From assembly GCA_964545895.1 (NCBI GenBank), contig CAZJHS010000007.1, positions 1 through 63,052 on the forward strand: a stretch of 63,052 bases of DNA, given 5' to 3'. Numbering within the stretch: the first letter of the stretch is position 1; each line of letters begins with the position of its first letter. Below the pieces are notes generated by a model, which saw only the letters and a list, made by a program, of their open reading frames with translations, did no database searches and was not told the DNA's origin. The DNA is from an uncultured Chitinophaga sp. GTDB lineage: Bacteria; Bacteroidota; Bacteroidia; UKL13-3. The position numbers and the translations under genes were made by a program. Shown piece by piece: positions 59,924 through 63,052 of the stretch.

Positions 59924-60677
59924 TCAATGTATTTTAAAACACACCTTTAGGTTGATTAGCCTAACGGCACTCCTATTTTTTACTGCAGTTGCTGGCTTTG
60001 CAAAAGATATTCCTGCAAAATCAAACAAGTTGGTTAATGATTATGTCGGTGCTTTAAGTGCATCGGAAGTAAATGCACTTGAAACCAAACTAAGCGGTTA
60101 TTATGATACCACATCAACCCAAATTGCAATTGTTATTGAAAACAGTTTGGAGGGTGATGATTTATTTGATTACTGCCAACGATTAGCAACAGCTTGGGGC
60201 ATTGGTGAAAAAGGCAAAAACAATGGGGTGTTAATTTATGTGGTGTTAAGCGATAGAAAAGCGAGAATACATACGGGTTATGGTATGGAAGCTACTATTA
60301 CTGATGCCATGAGTACGCGTATTAGAACGCAACAAATGAACCCTGCATTTAAGTCGGGCAACTATTACCAAGGACTTGATGAAGCCACTACAACCATAAT
60401 GCAATTGGCTAGTGGCGAATATGTAAACGACAAGGATGAACCGATGAAAAAAGGGCCATCCATGTTTGTTATTTTTATAGTTATCATTATTGCTATTGTT
60501 TTATTTAGCCGTGGTGGTGGTGGAAGAGGAAACCGCAGCCGTGGTGGTTTTGGTGGACCAATATTTTGGGGAGGAACCTTTGGCAGTGGTGGCTTTTCGG
60601 GAGGCAGCAGTGGCGGTGGTTTTGGCGGCTTTGGAGGCGGTGGATTTGGTGGTGGCGGAAGCGGTGGCAGTTGGTAG
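59916..60677 (+). CDS. TPM-domain protein with Gly-rich tail (YgcG-like)
   Basis: VNDYVG, TQIAIV, WGIGEKGKNNGVL, TGYGME, GGGFGGGGSGGSW; ATG 59916. Confidence 0.9.
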   Translation: MNNQCILKHTFRLISLTALLFFTAVAGFAKDIPAKSNKLVNDYVGALSASEVNALETKLSGYYDTTSTQIAIVIENSLEGDDLFDYCQRLATAWGIGEKGKNNGVLIYVVLSDRKARIHTGYGMEATITDAMSTRIRTQQMNPAFKSGNYYQGLDEATTTIMQLASGEYVNDKDEPMKKGPSMFVIFIVIIIAIVLFSRGGGGRGNRSRGGFGGPIFWGGTFGSGGFSGGSSGGGFGGFGGGGFGGGGSGGSW

Positions 60678-60682
60678 GAAGA

Positions 60683-61125
60683 GAGTTATGAATGTTGAGT
60701 GTTGAGTTATGATTTGCGTTTAGTTAAGAGTTTCTCACAGAAGGCACAGAAAATCACAGAAGAGCTATGGCCAAAAGCTAATAGCAAACGGCTAAAGACT
60801 ACGTTATGAATGATGAATTGCTATTAGCCGTTGGCTTTTAGCAAGATAAGAGAAGTGGAATGACGAATTTTAAAGTAATGCTTTTGCTTAGCCACTTACA
60901 ATACTTTAGGATGATGGGGAGAATCGTAAACTTATTTCAGGCCAATACATTCTACCACCCCGCCCGGTGGGCACCCCTCCTGCTAGGAGGGGAACGTATA
61001 CTCCCGAAAATTTACTTGTACCAAAATTTTATTTCATAAAGTAGTTTTTCATGTTGTAGTGTTGTGCCGAAATCACTTCGGCACTGTCATGTAAAGCCTT
61101 GGCGTAGGTATGACTGAGGGGGGGG
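60683..61125. repeat. Second intergenic repeat/REP mosaic
   Basis: GARTKWT 7-mers (60683-60710), CACAGA x3 (60736, 60745, 60755), inverted GCYAAnn 7-mer arrays (60770-60797 / 60818-60844), CCCCTCCT-gct-AGGAGGGG (60974-60992), GTGCCGAA-atcac-TTCGGCAC (61064-61084). Confidence 0.75.
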
Positions 61126-61174
61126 AATCTTAAACTTTTTTAAGATGATACAATAAACTATGCGTTTAATACTT

Positions 61175-61328
61175 GTAATTATCCATTTAAAGCATTTATT
61201 TAGTTGAAGCAACCATTAACAACATGAAACACAAAAGCCCAAACACCACCCCAATTTACACGCATGTAGGCACCGAGCAATTGGGTAAAATAGCTAGCCC
61301 ATTGGATAAATTAAAATTAAATAAATAA
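61175..61328 (+). pseudogene. Relic of a tyrosine recombinase/integrase C-terminus
   Basis: 61224-61328 reads MKHKSPNTTPIYTHVGTEQLGKIASPLDKLKLNK*, matching the GHxSxxTTxIYTHV...KIxSPLD tail. VIIHLKHLF at 61175-61201, in another frame, weakly resembles HxLRHSF. Confidence 0.7.
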
Positions 61329-61363
61329 AAAAATATTGTGCCACTACATCACCGCAATTTATC

Positions 61364-61437
61364 GCACATAATATTCCAATTAAGGCAATATTGTGCAATA
61401 AACAGGAAGAACAGTCGCACAGATAAGTAAGTTATGG
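61364..61437 (+). other. attC/attI-like site 1
   Basis: 61391-61437 is 40/47 identical to 62187-62233 and ends in GTTATGG, a GTTRRRY-like core. Confidence 0.55.
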
Positions 61438-61479
61438 AGCAATTGTAACACAGACAAGTGCCATAAAAAAATCTGAAAA

Positions 61480-62178
61480 ATGGAAATAACTACAACTGAA
61501 AAATGGAATGACATTTTGAAAAAAGCAGAATCGGATGACGCCACTGCTCAATTCGAAGTTGCGACTGTTTACAATGAAGGGCTAATTATTGACAATCAAG
61601 AAATAGTACAGATGAATCTTGAAAGTGCTTTCAATTGGACAAAGAAGGCTTTTCAGAATGGAAATAAAGAAGCTAAAATTCAATATGCACACTTCTTGAC
61701 AGACAGAACAAACCCTCTTGGGGTTCTTGACATTGAGTTAGGTATGAAATTGTATGAGGAGGAAATGAACAATGGAGACAAATATGTTACTTATTGCTTA
61801 GGACTTGAATATAGGAACAGACAAGAATTTGAAAAAGCTTTTGACCATTATGAAAAAGCAAATAGAAATGAAGAATTCTATCAAGAATTGACTATAGGTA
61901 TGTGCTATTATTACGGGGTCGGTGTAACAAAAAACAAATTGAGGGCATTAGAAATTTTCAAATCAATTGCCTTACCAAACGTGACACCTTATGAGGTTGA
62001 CGAGGCAAATTATATGATTGGGAAAATTTACTTAGAAGGTGAAGTTATTAAAAAAGATATTGACAAAGCACGATTTCATTTAGAGTTAGCCGACAAAGAC
62101 GGTGACCATAGAAGCGCACAAGAAATATTAATAATAATTGGCAGGACAACTAAAAATGAAAAGAACACCAGCCACTAA
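61480..62178 (+). CDS. Sel1-like repeat protein (putative cassette cargo)
   Basis: AQFEVATVYNEG, AFNWTKKA, IGMCYYYGVGVTKNKLRALEIF, ANYMIGKIYLEG. Confidence 0.85.
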   Translation: MEITTTEKWNDILKKAESDDATAQFEVATVYNEGLIIDNQEIVQMNLESAFNWTKKAFQNGNKEAKIQYAHFLTDRTNPLGVLDIELGMKLYEEEMNNGDKYVTYCLGLEYRNRQEFEKAFDHYEKANRNEEFYQELTIGMCYYYGVGVTKNKLRALEIFKSIALPNVTPYEVDEANYMIGKIYLEGEVIKKDIDKARFHLELADKDGDHRSAQEILIIIGRTTKNEKNTSH

Positions 62179-62233
62179 AAGCAACCTTGCGCAATAAACG
62201 TAAAAATCAGTTGCACAGATAAGTAAGTTATGG
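62171..62233 (+). other. attC-like site 2 (about 60 bp)
   Basis: GCCACTAAA (contains the upstream stop) - TTGCGCAA - loop - TTGCACAG - ATAAGTAA - GTTATGG. Confidence 0.6.
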
Positions 62234-62796
62234 GTTACTTTATGACGACACGACATTTCATACAAACATGTATCATTTTGACAACCTTGACAGCGTTTCA
62301 AGTTATGCCAAACAAGGTAGTTCTTCGTGGACAACTTATTGCTTGGGACAAAGAATCTCCAAAACAGTTCGTAGGACTTACAGCAATAATAAAAGGTGAC
62401 GGACAATTTCTTACACAAACAACCATAGACACATCTGGACAATTTATTTTAACGTTTCCAACATCACAATACAAGACATTTGACGTGTTTGTTACTGGCA
62501 TTGGAATTGATACAAGTTTCATAGAGACATTTACTGCTTTTAAAACCGACACCATTTCCGACAAATTTATTTTTCCAAAGATGTTAGAGTTTCAAATCTT
62601 CAGATGTCCAAGATGTAAACACGGAGACAAAGCATACGACATCGTTTATGGGGACAAGCAAAAAATAACAATGAAAGTTGTAAAAGGCGACACGATTTAT
62701 AGCAACATTGTGGACAGAAAATATTACGCAGGGACTTGTGTTCAGAGCAAACTTTCACCACACTTTTACTGCGACAGATGTAAAATAAAATGGTAA
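62230..62796 (+). CDS. Secreted hypothetical protein with C-terminal Cys cluster (true start may be ATG 62242)
   Basis: Signal-like N-terminus; CPRCKH ... AGTC ... CDRC. Confidence 0.7.
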   Translation: MGYFMTTRHFIQTCIILTTLTAFQVMPNKVVLRGQLIAWDKESPKQFVGLTAIIKGDGQFLTQTTIDTSGQFILTFPTSQYKTFDVFVTGIGIDTSFIETFTAFKTDTISDKFIFPKMLEFQIFRCPRCKHGDKAYDIVYGDKQKITMKVVKGDTIYSNIVDRKYYAGTCVQSKLSPHFYCDRCKIKW

Positions 62797-62812
62797 CGGT
62801 TCGAGAGGATAG

Positions 62813-62848
62813 AAAAGCAACCGCTAACTCGGGTAGCTGTTGCACAAC
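62813..62848 (+). other. Truncated attC-like site 3
   Basis: AAAAGCAACCGCTAAC-TCGGGTAGCTG-TTGCACAAC, 16 nt after the stop; shares AAAAGCAACC and TTGCACA with site 2 but lacks the GTT core. Confidence 0.4.
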
Positions 62849-62997
62849 TCTGTTTTAAAAAACAAAGCACACTTTTTCATGCGTTAATTGCCCTGATATT
62901 TTTTTGAGCTACATTTTTAAGGCTGAAAAATTGGGTGGCACTTAACACGCGCAGTGGCTGCGTGAACCAAGGCTTAGTTTGAAACCTACAAAACCCC

Positions 62998-63025
62998 AAA
63001 CTAAGAACTAAGAACTGAAAACTAA
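62998..63025. repeat. 7-mer tandem array
   Basis: AAACTAA GAACTAA GAACTGA AAACTAA; reverse-complement family of 50403-50437. Confidence 0.7.
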
Positions 63026-63052
63026 GTACTCTCCCCGCCCCCTACATTCTGA

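Noticed and set aside
61118-61125. G8 run (and T8 at 46943-46950) as phase-variation switches
   Set aside because: The tracts are short, and neither sits where slippage would clearly restore a frame or alter a recognisable promoter.
61417-62233. Identical 21-nt repeats as a CRISPR array
   Set aside because: Only two copies, about 800 nt apart and separated by a full gene; no cas genes in the window.

Overview
AT-rich Bacteroidota chromosomal segment. The assignment rests on gldB, an archaeal/eukaryote-type proS, the rpmH-rnpA-yidD-S41 order and repeated TAnnTTTG -7 promoter boxes. Most of it is housekeeping or envelope genes (etfAB, proS, folA, pntAB, nadE, era, der, clpC, rlmH, maf, ppx, hpt, lemA, two AsmA-family genes, tRNA-Val, initiator tRNA-Met). 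Four things stand out. (1) At the right end, a 34-codon relic of a tyrosine-recombinase C-terminus (TTPIYTHV...KIASPLD) lies directly upstream of two single-gene units bounded by a repeated attC-like site, suggesting a decayed integron-like cassette array. (2) A GxxExxY PD-(D/E)xK gene is enclosed by inverted 9-bp-period CACAGA arrays, and empty, solo and hairpin relatives plus 7-bp-period repeat mosaics occur in nearby intergenic gaps, suggesting a repeat-bounded mobile element family. (3) At the left end, a LuxI/FeeM-like acyltransferase-fold gene is coupled to a 7TM-DISM kinase, a REC-kinase and a lone REC, a candidate signal-synthase/sensor circuit. (4) A histone-deacetylase-family gene is followed by an 83-aa Lys-rich/acidic protein. 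All family assignments come from visual motif recognition; no database search was run.
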